From NCBI RefSeq assembly GCF_009914755.1, contig NC_060929.1: a DNA stretch of 64,000 nucleotides. One strand, 5' to 3'. The position numbers and the translations under genes are program-made. Positions 27,181 to 39,894 of the stretch are shown one piece after another. The notes under the pieces were generated by a model. It was given only the letters and a program-made list of their open reading frames with translations. It was not told the origin of the DNA and did not search any database. How positions within the stretch are numbered: position 1 is the stretch's first letter; each line of letters opens with the position of its first letter. The DNA comes from the human T2T-CHM13v2.0 reference genome, Homo sapiens.

Positions 27181-28990
27181 CTATAATATCCAAATAAAAT
27201 AAATATTTGACTTCTTTTTTTATTTTTATTTTATGTCAAAGTCTATTTTTTTTTCAAATTTATTTTAGGTTGGAGGGTACATATGCAATTTCGTTACATG
27301 GGTATATTGTGTGATGCTGAGATTTGGGATATGAATGATCCCGTAACCCAGGTAATGAATACAGTAACCAATAGGTATGTTTCAACCTTTTTCTCCCTCC
27401 TACCTCTAGTAGATGTTAGTGTCTGCTGTTTCCACCTTTATGTCCATATATATTCAATATTTAGCTCCCACTTAAAGTGACAACACGTAGTATTTGATTT
27501 TCTCTTCCTGGAATAATTCACTTGGAATTATGACATCCAGCTGCAACCATGTTGCTGCAAATGACATGATTTTATTCTCATTGTATTCCATGGTATATAA
27601 AATCATATTCTTTAGCCAGTCCATACTGTTGATGGACATCTAGGTTGATTCCTTGTCTTTACTATTGTGAATAGTGCTGCAATGAACATACAAGAGCATG
27701 TGCCTTTTTGGTATAATGATTTATTTTGCTTTGGATATATACCTAGTAATAGGATTGCTGGATTGAATGGTAGATTTGTTGTAAGTTCTTTGAGAATTCT
27801 CCAAACTGCATTTCACAGTGGCAGAACTAATTTACATTTGCACCAGGAGTATATAAGTGTTCCGTTTTCTCCACAACCTTGCCAACATCTGTTATTTTTT
27901 GGACTTTTTAATAGTAGCCATTTGGACTGCTGTGAGATGTCTTCTCAATGTGGCTTTTATTTGCATTTCTCTAATGATTAATGTGATGTTGAGCATTTTT
28001 TATATATTCGTGGCGGTATGTATGCCTTTTTTAAAAAAAGTGTTTATTCATGACTTTTGACCATATTTTAATGTGGTTATTTGTTATTTTCTTGTTGAAT
28101 ACTTTAAGTTTCTTATGATTTCTGGATTTTAGATCTTTGATGAATACAAAGATTGCAAATATGTTCTTCCATTCTGTAATTTGTCTATTTACTCCGTTGA
28201 TAGTTTATTTTACTGTACAGAAACTCTTTAGTTTAATTGGGTCCCATGTGTTAAATTTGTGTTTGTTGCAATTGATTTTGGGGACATAATCATACTTTTT
28301 TTTTTTTTTTTTTTTGCCAAGGCTGATGTCTAGACTGGTATTTCTTACGTTTTAGTCTAGTCTTATGTTTTAGTCTAGTATTTTATAGTTTTAGGCAGAA
28401 CATTTAAGTTTTTAATCCATCTTAAGTTAATTCTTGTATATGCTGAAAGTTAGTGGTCCAGTTTAATTCTTCTTTGTATTCATAGTGATTTATCCCAGCA
28501 CTATTTACTGAATACGAAGGTCTTTCTCCATTGCTTGTTTTATTGTAATTGTTAAAAATCAGAAGATTGTAGGTGTGTGGCTTTACTTCTGGGTTCTCTA
28601 TTCTGTTCCATTGGTCTATGTTTCTGTTTTAGTACTGGTACCATGCTGTTTATAGGAATGATGAGAGTGGCCATCCTTGTTTGTTCCAGTTGTTAACGGG
28701 AATGCTTCAAGATTTGGCACACTCACTATGATGTTGGCTGGGGGCTTGTCAAAGTCCCATGTACCTATTTTGAGGTATGTTCTTTTGATGCTTAGCTTAC
28801 TGAGGTTATTCATAGTTATTACTGTGAAGGGATGTTAGATTTTATCAAAAGCTTTCTCTGTGTCTGTTGAGACAATCATATGTCTTTTGTTTTTAATTCT
28901 TTTTATGTGGTCAATCACATTATTTATTTGTGCACATTGAACCAATCCTGCATCCCAAGAATAAGACCAACTTGATGATGGTGAATGAAC

Positions 28991-31900
28991 TTTTTTTAAA
29001 AATTATACTTTAAGTTCTGGGGTACATGTGCAGAACATGCAGTTTTGTTACATAGGTATACACATGCCCTGGTGGTTTGCTGCACCCATCAACCCGTCAC
29101 CTACATTAGGTATTTCTCCTAATGCTATCCCTCCTTTAGCCCCCCATCCCCCAACAGGCCCTGGCATGTGATGTTCCCCTCCTTGTGTCCATGTGTTCTC
29201 ATTGTTCAATTCCCACTTATGAGTGAGAACATGCAGTGTTTGGTTTTCTGATCTTGTGATAGTTTGCTGAGAATGATGGTTTCCAGCTTCATCCATGTCC
29301 CTGCAAAGGACATTAACTCATCATTTTTTATGGCTTCATAGTATTCCATGGTGTATATGTGCCACATTTTCTTAATCCAGTCTATCATTGATGGACATTT
29401 GGGTTGGTTCCAAGTCTTTGCTATTGTGAATAGTGCCACAATAAACATAAGTATGCATGTGTCTTTATTGTAGAATTATTTGTAATCCTTTGGGTATATG
29501 CCCAGTAATGGGCTTGTGGGTCAAATGGTATTTCCAGCTCTAGATCCTTGAGGAATTACCACGCTATCTTCCACAATGATTGAACTAATTTACACTCCCA
29601 CCTACAGTATAACCTACAACAACAGCATTCCTATTTCTCCACATCCTCTCTAGCATCTGTTGTTTCCTGACATTTTATTGATTGCCATTCTAACTGGCAT
29701 GAGATGGTATCTCATTGTGGTTTTGATTTGCATATCTCTAGTGACCAGTGATGATGAGCATTTTTTCCTATGTTTGTTGGCCACATAAATATCTTCTTTT
29801 GAGAAGTGTCTGTTCATATCGTTTGCCCATTTTTTGATGGGGTTGTTTTTTTTTTTCTGGTAAATTTGTTTAAGTTTTTTGTAGATTCTGGATATTAGCC
29901 CTTTGTCAGATGGATAGATTGCAAACATTTTCTCCAAATCTGTAGGTTGCCTGTTCACTCTGATGATAGTTTCTTTTGCTGTGCAGAAGCTCTTTAGTTT
30001 AATTAGATCCCATTTATCAATTTTGGCTTTTGTTGCCATTGCTTTTGGTGTTTTAGAAATGAAGTCTTTTCCCAGGCCTATGCCCTGAATGGTATTTCCC
30101 AGGTTTTCTTCTAGGATTTTTATGGTTATAGGACTTACATTTAAGTCGTTGATCCATCTTGAGTCGGTTTCTGTAAAAGATGTAAGGAAGGGGTCCAGTT
30201 TCAGTTTTCTGCATATGGCTAGCCAGTTTTCCCAACACCATTTATTAAATAGGGAATCTTTTCCCCATTGCTTGTGTGTGTCAGGTTTGTCAAACATCAG
30301 ATGGTTGTAGCTGTGTGGTGTTATTTCTGAGGCCTCTGTTCTGTTCCATTTGTCTGTATATCTGTTTTGGTACTAGTACCATGCTGTTTTGGTTACTGTA
30401 ACCTTGTAGTATAGTTTGAAGTCAGGTAGCATGATGCCTTCAGCTTTGTTCTTCTTGCCCAGGATTGTCTTGGCAATGCAGGCTCTTTTATTGTTCCATA
30501 TGAAGTTTAAAGTAGTTTATCCAATTATGTGAAGAAAGTCAGTGGTAGCTTGATGGGCACAGCATTGAATCTATAAATTACTTTGGGTAGTATAGCCATT
30601 TTCACGATATTGATTCTTCCTATCCATGACCGTGGAATGTTTTTCCAGTTTTTTGTGTCCTCTCTTATTTCCTTGAGCAGTTGTTTCTAGTTCTCCTTGA
30701 AGAGGTCCTTCACATCCCTTGTAAGTTGTATTCCTAGGTATTTTATTCTCTTAGCAGCAATTGTGAATGGGAGTTCACTTATGATTTGGCTCTCTGTTTG
30801 TCTGTTATTGTTGTATAGGATTGCCTGTGATTTTTGCACACTGATTTTGTGTCCTGCAAGTTTGCTGAAGTTGCTTATCAGCTTAAGGAGGTTTTGGGCT
30901 GAGACAATGGGTTTTTCTAAATATAGAATCATGACATCTGCAAACAGAGACAATTGGACTTCCTCTCTTCCTATCTGATTACACTTTATTGCTTTCTCTC
31001 ACCTGATTGCCCCGGTCAGAACTTCCAATACTGTGTTGAATAGGAGTTGTGAGAAAGAGCATGCTTGTTTTGTGCCAGTTTTCAAAGGGAATGCTTCCAG
31101 TTTTTGCCCATTCAGTATGATATTTGCTGTGGGTTTGTCATAAATAGCTCTTATTATTTTGAGATATGTTCCATTGATACCTAGTTTATTGAGAGTTTTT
31201 ATCATGAAGAACTGTTGAATTTTGTCGAAGGCCTTTTCTGCATCTATTGAGATAGTCATGTGGTTTTTGTTGTTGGTTCTGTTTATGTGATGGATTACAT
31301 TTATTGATTTGTGAATGTTAAACCAGTCTTGCATCCCAGGGATGAAGCCATCTTGATTGTGGTGGATACACTTTTTGATGTGCTGCTGGATTCGGTTTGC
31401 CTGTATTTTATTGAGGATTTTCACATCGATGTTCATCAGGGATATTAGCCTGATATTTTCTTTTTTTGTTGTTGTGTCTCTGCCAGGTTTTGTCCTAATA
31501 AAATGAGTTAGGGAGGATTCCCTCTTTTTCTATTGTTTGGAATAGTTTCAGAAGGAATGGTACAAGCTCCTCTTTGTACCTCTGGTAGAATTCGGCTGTG
31601 AATTCATCTGGTCCTGGACTTTTTTTGCTTGGTAGGCTATTAATTACTGCCTGAATTTCAGAGCTTGTTATTGGTCTATTCACTGATTCCATTTCTTCCT
31701 GGCTTAGACTGGGGAGGATATACGTGTCCAGGAATTTATCCTTTTCTTCTAGATTTTCTAGTTTATCTGTGTAGAGGTGTTTATAGTATTCTCTGATGGT
31801 AGTTTGTATTTCTGTGGGATCAGTGGTGATATCCCCTATATCATTTTTTATTGCATCTATTTGATTCTTCTCTCTTTTCTTCTTTATTAGTCTGGCTAGA

Positions 31901-32530
31901 AGTTTATACATTTTGTTGATCTTTACAAATAACCAGATCCTGGATTCACTGATTTTTTGAAGCATTTTTTGTGTCTCTATCTCCTTCAGTTCTGCTCTGA
32001 TCTTAGTTGTTTCTTGTCTTCTGCTAGCTTTTGAAATTGTTTGCTCTTGCTGCTCTAGTTATTTTAATTGTGATGATAGGGTGTCGGTTTTAGATCTTTC
32101 CTGCTTTCTCTCTTGGGCATTTACTGCTATAAATTTCCCTCTAAACACTGCTATAAATGTGTCCCAGAGATTCTGGTGCATTGTGTCTTCGTTCTCATTG
32201 ATTTCAAATAACTTCTTTATTTCTGCCTTAATTTTGTTATTTACCCAGTAGTCATTCAGGAGCACATTGTTCAGTTTCCAAGTAGTTGTGTGGTTTTGAG
32301 TGTGTTTCTTAATCCTGAGTTCTAATTTGATTGCACTGTGGTCTGAGAGACTGTTTCTTATTATTTCCGTTATTTTGCATTTGCTGAAGAGTGTTTTACT
32401 TCCAATTATGTGGTAAATTTTAGAATAAGTGTTATGTGGTCCTGAGAAGAATGTATATTCTGGTGATTTGGGGTGGAGGGTTCTGCAGAGGTCTCTTAGG
32501 TCCCCTTGGTCCAGAGCTGAGTTCAAGCCC
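28991..32530 (-). mobile_element. L1PA7/8-like element, non-inverted part (ORF2 + 3'UTR)
   Basis: 'ttatactttaagttctggggtacatgtgcagaacatgcag..cccatcaacccgtcacctacattagg'; ORF2 peptide fragments of 145-215 aa. Confidence 0.93.
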
Positions 32531-33106
32531 TTAAGACCATCAACACTATGAATAAACTGCATCAACTAACAGGCAAAACAACTGGCTAGCATCATAATGA
32601 CAGGATCAAATTTACACGTAACAATATTAACCTTAAGTGGAAATAGGCTAAATGCCTCAATTAAAAGACACAGACTGGTAAATTGGATAACGAGTTGAGA
32701 TCCATCGGTGTGCTGTGTTCAGGAGACCCATCTCACGTGCAAAGACACACATAGGCTCAAAATAATGGGAAGGAGGAATATTTACCAAGCAAATGGAAAG
32801 CAAAAAAAAAAAAAAAGACAGGGGTTGCAATCCTAGTCTCTGATAAAACAGACTTTAAACCAACAAAAATCAAAAGAGACAAAAAATGTCATTACATAAT
32901 GGTAAAGGGATCAATGCAACAAAAAGATCTAACTATCCTAAATATATATGCACCCAATACAGGAGCACCCAGATTCATAACCCAAGTTCTTAGAGACCTA
33001 CAAAGAGAGTTAGACTCCTACACAATAATAGCGAGAGACTTTAACACCCCACTGTCAATATTAGACAGACCAATGAGACGGAAAATTAACAAGTATATTC
33101 AGGGCT
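32531..33106 (+). mobile_element. Inverted 5' segment of the same L1 (ORF1 end, spacer, ORF2 endonuclease start)
   Basis: 'ataatgacaggatcaaat' ORF2 start; 'MVKGSMQQKDLTILNIYAPNTGAPRF'; ends where the minus-strand part begins. Confidence 0.9.
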
Positions 33107-34253
33107 GGTAGGTTCTTTACTACTGATTCAATTTTTGAACTCACTGTTGGCCTGCTCAGCATTTTTATTTCTCTCTGATTCAGTCTTGGGAGTTTCTGAG
33201 ACTTACCCATTTTCTCTAGACTTTCTAGTTTGTGTACAGAGGTATTCATAATAGCCTCTGAGCATCTTTTGTGTTTCTTTGGTACCGGTTGTTACATCAC
33301 CTTTGTTGTTTCTGATTGTGCTTATTGGGATCTTCTCTCTTTATTTTCATCATTAATCTAGCTAGTAGTCGATTAGTCTTGTTGATCCTCTCAAAGAATC
33401 AGCTTTTGGCTTCATTTACCCTTTGTATGGATTTTTAAATCTTAATTTCATTCAATTCTGCTCTAATTTTAGTTCTTTCTTTTATTCTACTAGCTCTCGG
33501 GTTAGTTTTTACTTCTTTGTCTAATTCCTCTAGGTGCCATGTCAGATTGTTAATTTGAGATCTATCTGATTTCTAGATGTAGGCATTTAGCATTATAAAC
33601 TTTCCTCTTAATACTGCTTTTGCTGCATCCCAAAGATTTGGGTATATTGTGTCTTTGTTTTCATTTATTTCAAATAAGTTTTTGACTCCTGCATTAATTG
33701 TGTTGTTTACCCAGAAGTCATTCAGGAGGAAGTTGTTTAATTTTCATATAATTGTGTGTTTTTGAAAAGTTTTATTGGTGTTGATTTGTATTTTTATTCC
33801 ACTGTTGTCTGAAAGTGTGCTTGGTATGATTTTGATTTTTCTGAATTTGTTGAGATTTGCTTTATATGCAAGCATGTCATCATTCTTAGAGCATGCTCCA
33901 TGTGCAGATGAGGAGAAGGTATATTCTGTGGTTGAAAGATGGAGTCTTTTGTTGTTTATCAGGTCTTGTTTATTAGATGATTATTAGGTCTAATTGATCA
34001 TGTGTCAAATTTAAATCTTCTTTGTTAATCATTTTCTGTCTTGATAATCTAACACTGTCATTGCAGTATTGAAGTCCTCCAATATTATTGTGTGGCTACG
34101 TAAGTCTATAAGAACTTGTTTTATGAATCTCAGTGTTCCAATGTTGGGTGCATATATATTTATGATAGTTTAAGTCATCTTGCTGCATTGAACCTTTTAT
34201 CATTGTGCCGCACCCTTCTTAGTGTTTCTTTACTGTTGTTGGTTTAAAGTATT

Positions 34254-34551
34254 GGCCAGGTGCAATGGCTCATGCCTGTAATCCCAGCACTTTGAGAGGC
34301 TGAGGCAGGTGAATCACTTGAGGTTAGGAGTTCAAGACCAGCCTGCCCAACATGGTGAACCCACATCTCTGCTAAAAATACAAAAATTACCTGTTCATGG
34401 TGGCACATGCCTGTAATCTCAGCTACTCAGGAGGCTGTGGCATGAGAATCGCTTAAACCCAGGAGGCGGATGTTGCAATGAGCCAAGATAGCACCACCGC
34501 ACTATAGCCTGCATAACAGAGTGAGACTCCATCTCAAAAAAAAAAAAAAAA
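34254..34551 (+). mobile_element. AluS
   Basis: Full dimer ggccagg..ctcaaaa with a poly(A) tail. Confidence 0.95.
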
Positions 34552-35501
34552 GTAAGTTTTATCTTTATCTAATATAAGAATAGTGACCTCTGCTGTCTTT
34601 TGTTTTCCATTTAGATGATAGGTCTTTTCTCCAAACCTTTACTTTGAGGACAAGGGTGTCATTACATTTGAGATGAGTCCCTTACATATGGAAGAGGGAT
34701 GGGTCTTGGATTTTTTTTGTTTTTGTTGTTGTTGTTGTGTTTTTTTTAAATCTATCTTGTTGATCTGCACCTTTTCATTTGGGAAGTAAAACCATTTACA
34801 TTTAAAGTTAATACTCATATGTGAGATTTTGATTCTATCATGAAGTTGTTAGCTGGTTATTTTGTATTTTCAATTGTGTAGTTGTGTTATAGTTACAGTT
34901 TGTGGGCTATGTACTTAAGTGCAATTTTGTGGTAGCAGCTATTGTTCTTTCATTGCCTGTTTGGAACTCCCTTAAGACTGAATTTCGTACATGTAAACCT
35001 TTCTAACTACATCATACTCAAAGTACAACATAGTCATCCTTCTCTGTATTTGTACTCTCCATACAGCTTATGCTTTATGGCCCATGAAGCTTCCTAAACA
35101 GAACTAAGTCGGGGAGCAATAAAATCTACTACACAGGCCATTGCAATCACACATTCCAGGAAATGTTGATCATGTAGGGGATTCCAATAACTGTTAATTT
35201 ATTAAATAAAAATGAACTCCAATACATTTCAATATCATAAAAGCTTTTCCTTTGTTCATAAAAAATACGATAAATGTCTATTATCTGGGCTTTATGAACT
35301 TTATATTCTTAGGGAGAAGAAACTAGTTTATAAAGAGCTCTGGACTCTTAAGTTTCTAAAATGTTTAACTAACACTGGTACGTTAAAAGCCTTTGCTATA
35401 CACTATAGCATTAAAGCAAACAAATACACACACACACACACACACACAAACATAATACTAGGGTAAGGGTAATTTGTTTTGTTGTTGTTTGTGTGTGGGT
35501 A

Positions 35502-35920
35502 TGTGATAGGTTGAATTATTGACTGTGATTCTTCTCATCTTTCTGCATCTATACCCATGTTATGGCCTCATTGTGGGTGGAGTTCCATGACTTTGAACCT
35601 GGCCACATGACTTGCCAAAGACAAGGGTATATAAGAGCTGTTGAGTTTAATGTAAGCCAATTCCAAGCTGGGCCCTGAAAAAGTCTCAAGTGTTTTCATT
35701 AGCTTGCTTCCACTTTGATATCACCAGGAAAAGATCATAGACCTAAGAGGACGAGAAAACTCTTTGACAGCAGAGCTACCAGAGTCGATTTGACCTAGCC
35801 ATGACCTGCCTAGAAGAGCAAATCTCCACGGATTAAGCAGATGCTTTTGTAGTAATAAATGAGTATTGTTACAAGCCACAGAGCATTGGGTGGTTTACAC
35901 AATAATAATTAACTTAAGTA
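35502..35920 (+). mobile_element. Old MLT1 (MLT1H/I-like) LTR
   Basis: 'tggccacatgacttgc..ttccaagctgggccctgaaa..aataaatgagtattgttacaagccac.gag..ttgggtggttt'. Confidence 0.65.
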
Positions 35921-36929
35921 ATTTTATTATGCTTCATTAAAAGTGCAGGCAAATCTGAAGCATTCCTTAAGAATTCATTGTTAGCCCCGAGGTTGATCAC
36001 TTACCTCATTAATAATATAGTTTACATGTATTTTCATATTAATTTTCTAAAAGCTGATATGCAAGCCTGTGTTGTGAAAAATATATATATAAAACTGTTA
36101 AATTGTGTTAAATAAATGAGCTAAGTGGAAAAGAAAACCAACAAACAGTAGTTTCACATCATGAAGAATAGAAGGTAAATAGGCTAAAATTATTTAAAGT
36201 GATGTGGGACACTATGTGTCCTTTTAAAAAATTATAGATAAGATTTTAATTTTACTTTGGAAATAGATACATACTTATCAATCCTTTCTGGAAAAGTAAT
36301 GCTATTGGCAACCAATTATGGGAGTGAGAGAGTAAACTATGTGAATTATAACATGTTACTAAAGTACCATTCTTTATATTTTCCTTAGAAACAGAACACT
36401 GTCTGTTAAATATAATAAATTGATATTAAATTATATATTAACTCAGATACTCAATAAGAATATGTTGTAATTAAGCTTTTCAGAATCTCATAATTCTTTC
36501 ATGTGGGGGTAAATGTATTAAATAGTTTAGCCAAAAAGTTCTAGATTTCAGTTATTTGTGATCCATTAGAGCAGGCAGCATGAAACATGCAGAAAAATGT
36601 ATCTGTATTTACTTTTTTTCAAGTGAAGCATCATAGTTTGTCTTTTTATTATTACATTTTTGATTCTGTAATAGCTATTACTTTTGTGTATTATAAACAG
36701 GAAATCTGTCTGATAATTATTATCAAAACATCTGTTTTTCTGTATACGCTATTTCCAAAATGGGTATGTTTATAACCTCTTCAGGAGTATAATTGAATCC
36801 ATGTTTGGCTTGCATATCTTATATGAATTCTACCTCTACCATGTCAATAATTATTTTGTTCCTTGTTATTGTCAGTTTTAAAATTAGTTCGATGTTTATG
36901 GAGAAGATAAGTAATGCTTTATAATTTGT

Positions 36930-37153
36930 ATAAAGCAAACGAGTGTTCCACCAGATATGGCATGCAGGCTGCCCTGGTGAGGGGGTATCACCTTGGACAA
37001 CGCAGCTCTGTTCAGCTGACAGCAAATCCCAGAGAGGGACTTGAGAGGAATTGAGGTTGAAATTTTCTCTGTCAACATTCCAAGAAGCTAGAAAAATGAA
37101 GTTCTCAGTCTTTTGGAGGTGTGTAGAAATAATACCATGACATCTGCTGGAAC
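36930..37153 (-). mobile_element. Possible ERVL-class LTR fragment (LTR41-like)
   Basis: 'gggggtatcaccttggacaacgcagctctgttcagctga' resembles recalled LTR41-family sequence. Confidence 0.35.
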
Positions 37154-38002
37154 ATTAATTTTTATTTAATTTTGTTTCATTTATTGATTTATTTTATGGA
37201 TCAGAATACCAAATAATCCCTTCAGATTGCCTTGTTTATGATTTGGAAGCAACGTGCATAAAGGTGATTCAAAATACCAAATATAGCCAGTAAGGATATA
37301 TCCTGATTGGTCAAAGACAATTTAAAAGCACTAAATCTTACATCTATGGTTAATGTGCATAGAGCTCACCTACTTAGTGACATGTTTCATGTTCTGTATT
37401 TCATCAATTTTAAGTTATCATTTTTTTCACATTGCATTAGTTTTCAAATTAAGAAAAATTAAAATATTTTTGCTGGCCAGACTACAGCCATTCTTGTATT
37501 TGCCTGGGCAGATGTGAAATAGCATGTAACTATTATTATTTTTTCACTTTCTTTGAAATATGTGCATCAATAATTATGTTTCATTTTAAATAAATTTCTA
37601 TTTAATTTTCATTTCATTATATTACCACTAGCATGAACACTTGGGTAAGGGGAGTCATGATTGAGACAAAATGTTTGGGGCAGTACTAGAGCATTCTTTT
37701 AAGAAATGATGAATCACAGACAACTTTGATATTACAGAAGGCAATGTTATATGAGAAAAATATAGTAAAAAAAATTCTTATAATTGCACTGGAAGTGCTT
37801 TTGCTTTCTTAGTAGTAGATGAAATAAGAGTATGTCTAATCATGAAGGTGCTTTATATATGAGGAAATACAATTTTAAGAAATTTTACTCATATGTCTTT
37901 TAAGAAATATCAAAGTTATAAAATGACTCTGAATCCAAATCTGTACTACAAGGAAGGAGAAGCAAGCAGGAATCAGAAAAATAAGCAAATGAAGGATCTC
38001 AA

Positions 38003-38314
<312 letters not shown>

Positions 38315-38669
38315 TTAATATAATAGAAAATAAAAGTTAAAACTATAACTATTAGATATTATAAAAGGGGGATTTTAAGCAAATTGAAATGAGTAAAATA
38401 AAATTACAGGAGCATATACGTTCAGATTATGTATGCATCAGATAACCTAACACCAAAACATATAATGCGATTATTACAAAAGTATAAGAAAACACACAGA
38501 AATATAATTGTACCAGCAAACAACCTTAATATTATTTATCTATGACAAATAAGTAGAAATATGATTAAAAGTTAATAATTACAAAAGTTAGATAATATGT
38601 TTATTTATACATACATAATATGTATACATATGGCTCAGAAATATGTAACTTTGTTGGTTACAAATTTCA

Positions 38670-38722
38670 CACACACATATACACACACATACACACATTT
38701 ACACACACATACACACACACAC
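38670..38722. repeat. (CA)n-rich microsatellite
   Basis: Imperfect CA run. Confidence 0.85.
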
Positions 38723-38773
38723 TAAGGGGTCTTCAAAGTTTCATGGAAAACATGTATTCAGAAATAACAATGT

Positions 38774-39082
38774 GGCTGGGAGCGGTGGCTCACGCCTGTA
38801 ATCCCAGCACTTTGGGAGGCTGAGGCGGGCAGATCACAAGGTCAGGAGATGGAGACCAACCTGGCCAACATGGTGAAACCCCGTTTCCACTAAAAATACA
38901 AAAAAAATTAGATGGGTGTTGTTGCACGTGCCTGTAATCCCAGCTACTCAGGAAGCTGAGGGAAGAGAATTGCTTGAACCCAGGAGGTGGAAGTTGCAGT
39001 GAGCCCAGATGGCACTCCAGCTTGATGACAAAGCAAGACTCTGTCTCAAAAACAAACAAACAAACAAACAAACAAACAAACA
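38774..39082 (+). mobile_element. AluS (Sc-like) with an (AAAC)n tail
   Basis: 'gatcacaaggtcaggagat'; full dimer. Confidence 0.93.
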
Positions 39083-39139
39083 CCACAAATAACTATAAAT
39101 AGATTTCAAAACTTTTTTTGGGACCAAAATACATTTACT

Positions 39140-39408
39140 TGTTTTTGTTTTTTTAGTTTTTTTTTTTGAGACAGAGTCTCGCTCTGTCGCCCAGGCTGGA
39201 GTGCAGTGGCACAATCTCGGCTCACTGGAAGCTCCGCCTCCCAGGTTCACGCCATTCTCCTGCCTCAGCCTCCTGAGTAGCTGGGACTACAGGCGCCCAC
39301 CACCGCACCCCGGTAATTTTTTGTATTTTTAGTAGAGACAGGGTTTCACCGTGTTAGCCAGGATGGTCTGGATCTCCTGACCTCGTGATCCTCCCACCTC
39401 GGCTGCCC
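39140..39408 (-). mobile_element. AluY-like, 5'-truncated
   Basis: 'ggttcacgccattctcc..ccgtgttagccaggatggtc..gacctcgtgatcc'. Confidence 0.92.
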
Positions 39409-39528
39409 AGTATTTGTTGTAACATGTCTGAACAGGATCTAGTTTGAGGATAAAGCATGAGTTTGAAAATAGCCCCTATAAGAGCAACATGAATTCTAGA
39501 CAAATTGAAGTATGAACAAACATCAAAT

Positions 39529-39894
39529 TGAGACAACCAGGTGAGAAGGGCCCCCTGACAGAGCCTCTGACTGGGAGAGCCCCTGACAGACTGCCCACTG
39601 GGAGAAACACATACCTGGCTGGAGCCACACAAGTTTGCACCATTTGCAGCGGGGAAGAGCCGGGCCCCTCCTTTTCCTGGGTGGAAGCTGGGATTCAAAC
39701 TGCAAGGCAGGAAACCCACGGGCAGGAAACACACTTTTTCGCTTCACTAAGAGCCTCTGTTTCCCTTTCTTTTCCTTCTTGCCAAATAAATCCCATTTTT
39801 CTCACTCTTCAACTCATCTGTGAGCCTAAATTTTCATGGCTGTGTGATAAGGAACCCCATCTTTAGCAGAACTAAGGGAAAATGCCTTGCAACA
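39529..39894 (+). mobile_element. MER61-family ERV1 5' LTR
   Basis: TGAGACA..TGCAACA termini; 'tttgcagcggggaagagccgggcccctcc..aataaatccc..tttagcagaactaagg'. Confidence 0.85.

Larger units (their letters stand above)
27245..34978 (-). mobile_element. Older L1 (L1PA15-17/L1PB4-like) in pieces 27245-28990 and 33107-34978; host to a younger L1 and an Alu
   Basis: 3'UTR 'gttacatgggtatattgtgtgatgctgag.tttggg..atcccgtaacccaggta'; antisense ORF2 resumes after the insertion. Confidence 0.88.
38723..39528 (+). mobile_element. HSMAR2 mariner 5' end (TIR, leader, first transposase codons), split by two Alus and cut by MER61
   Basis: 'aggggtcttcaaagtttcatggaaaa', 'aacatgtctgaacaggatctagtttgagg' and 'gcccctataagagcaacATGaattct..aacaaacatcaaatt' match the recalled HSMAR2 consensus. 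Confidence 0.85.

Noticed and set aside
29650-32565. Longest ORFs (145-215 aa) with RT/endonuclease similarity, as an active retroelement or host gene
   Set aside because: They are fragments of one L1 ORF2 separated by stops and frameshifts; the element is 5'-truncated and inverted.
39529-39894. p53 response element, known from some MER61 subfamilies
   Set aside because: No paired RRRCWWGYYY half-sites; only one imperfect half-site-like 'acacaagttt'.
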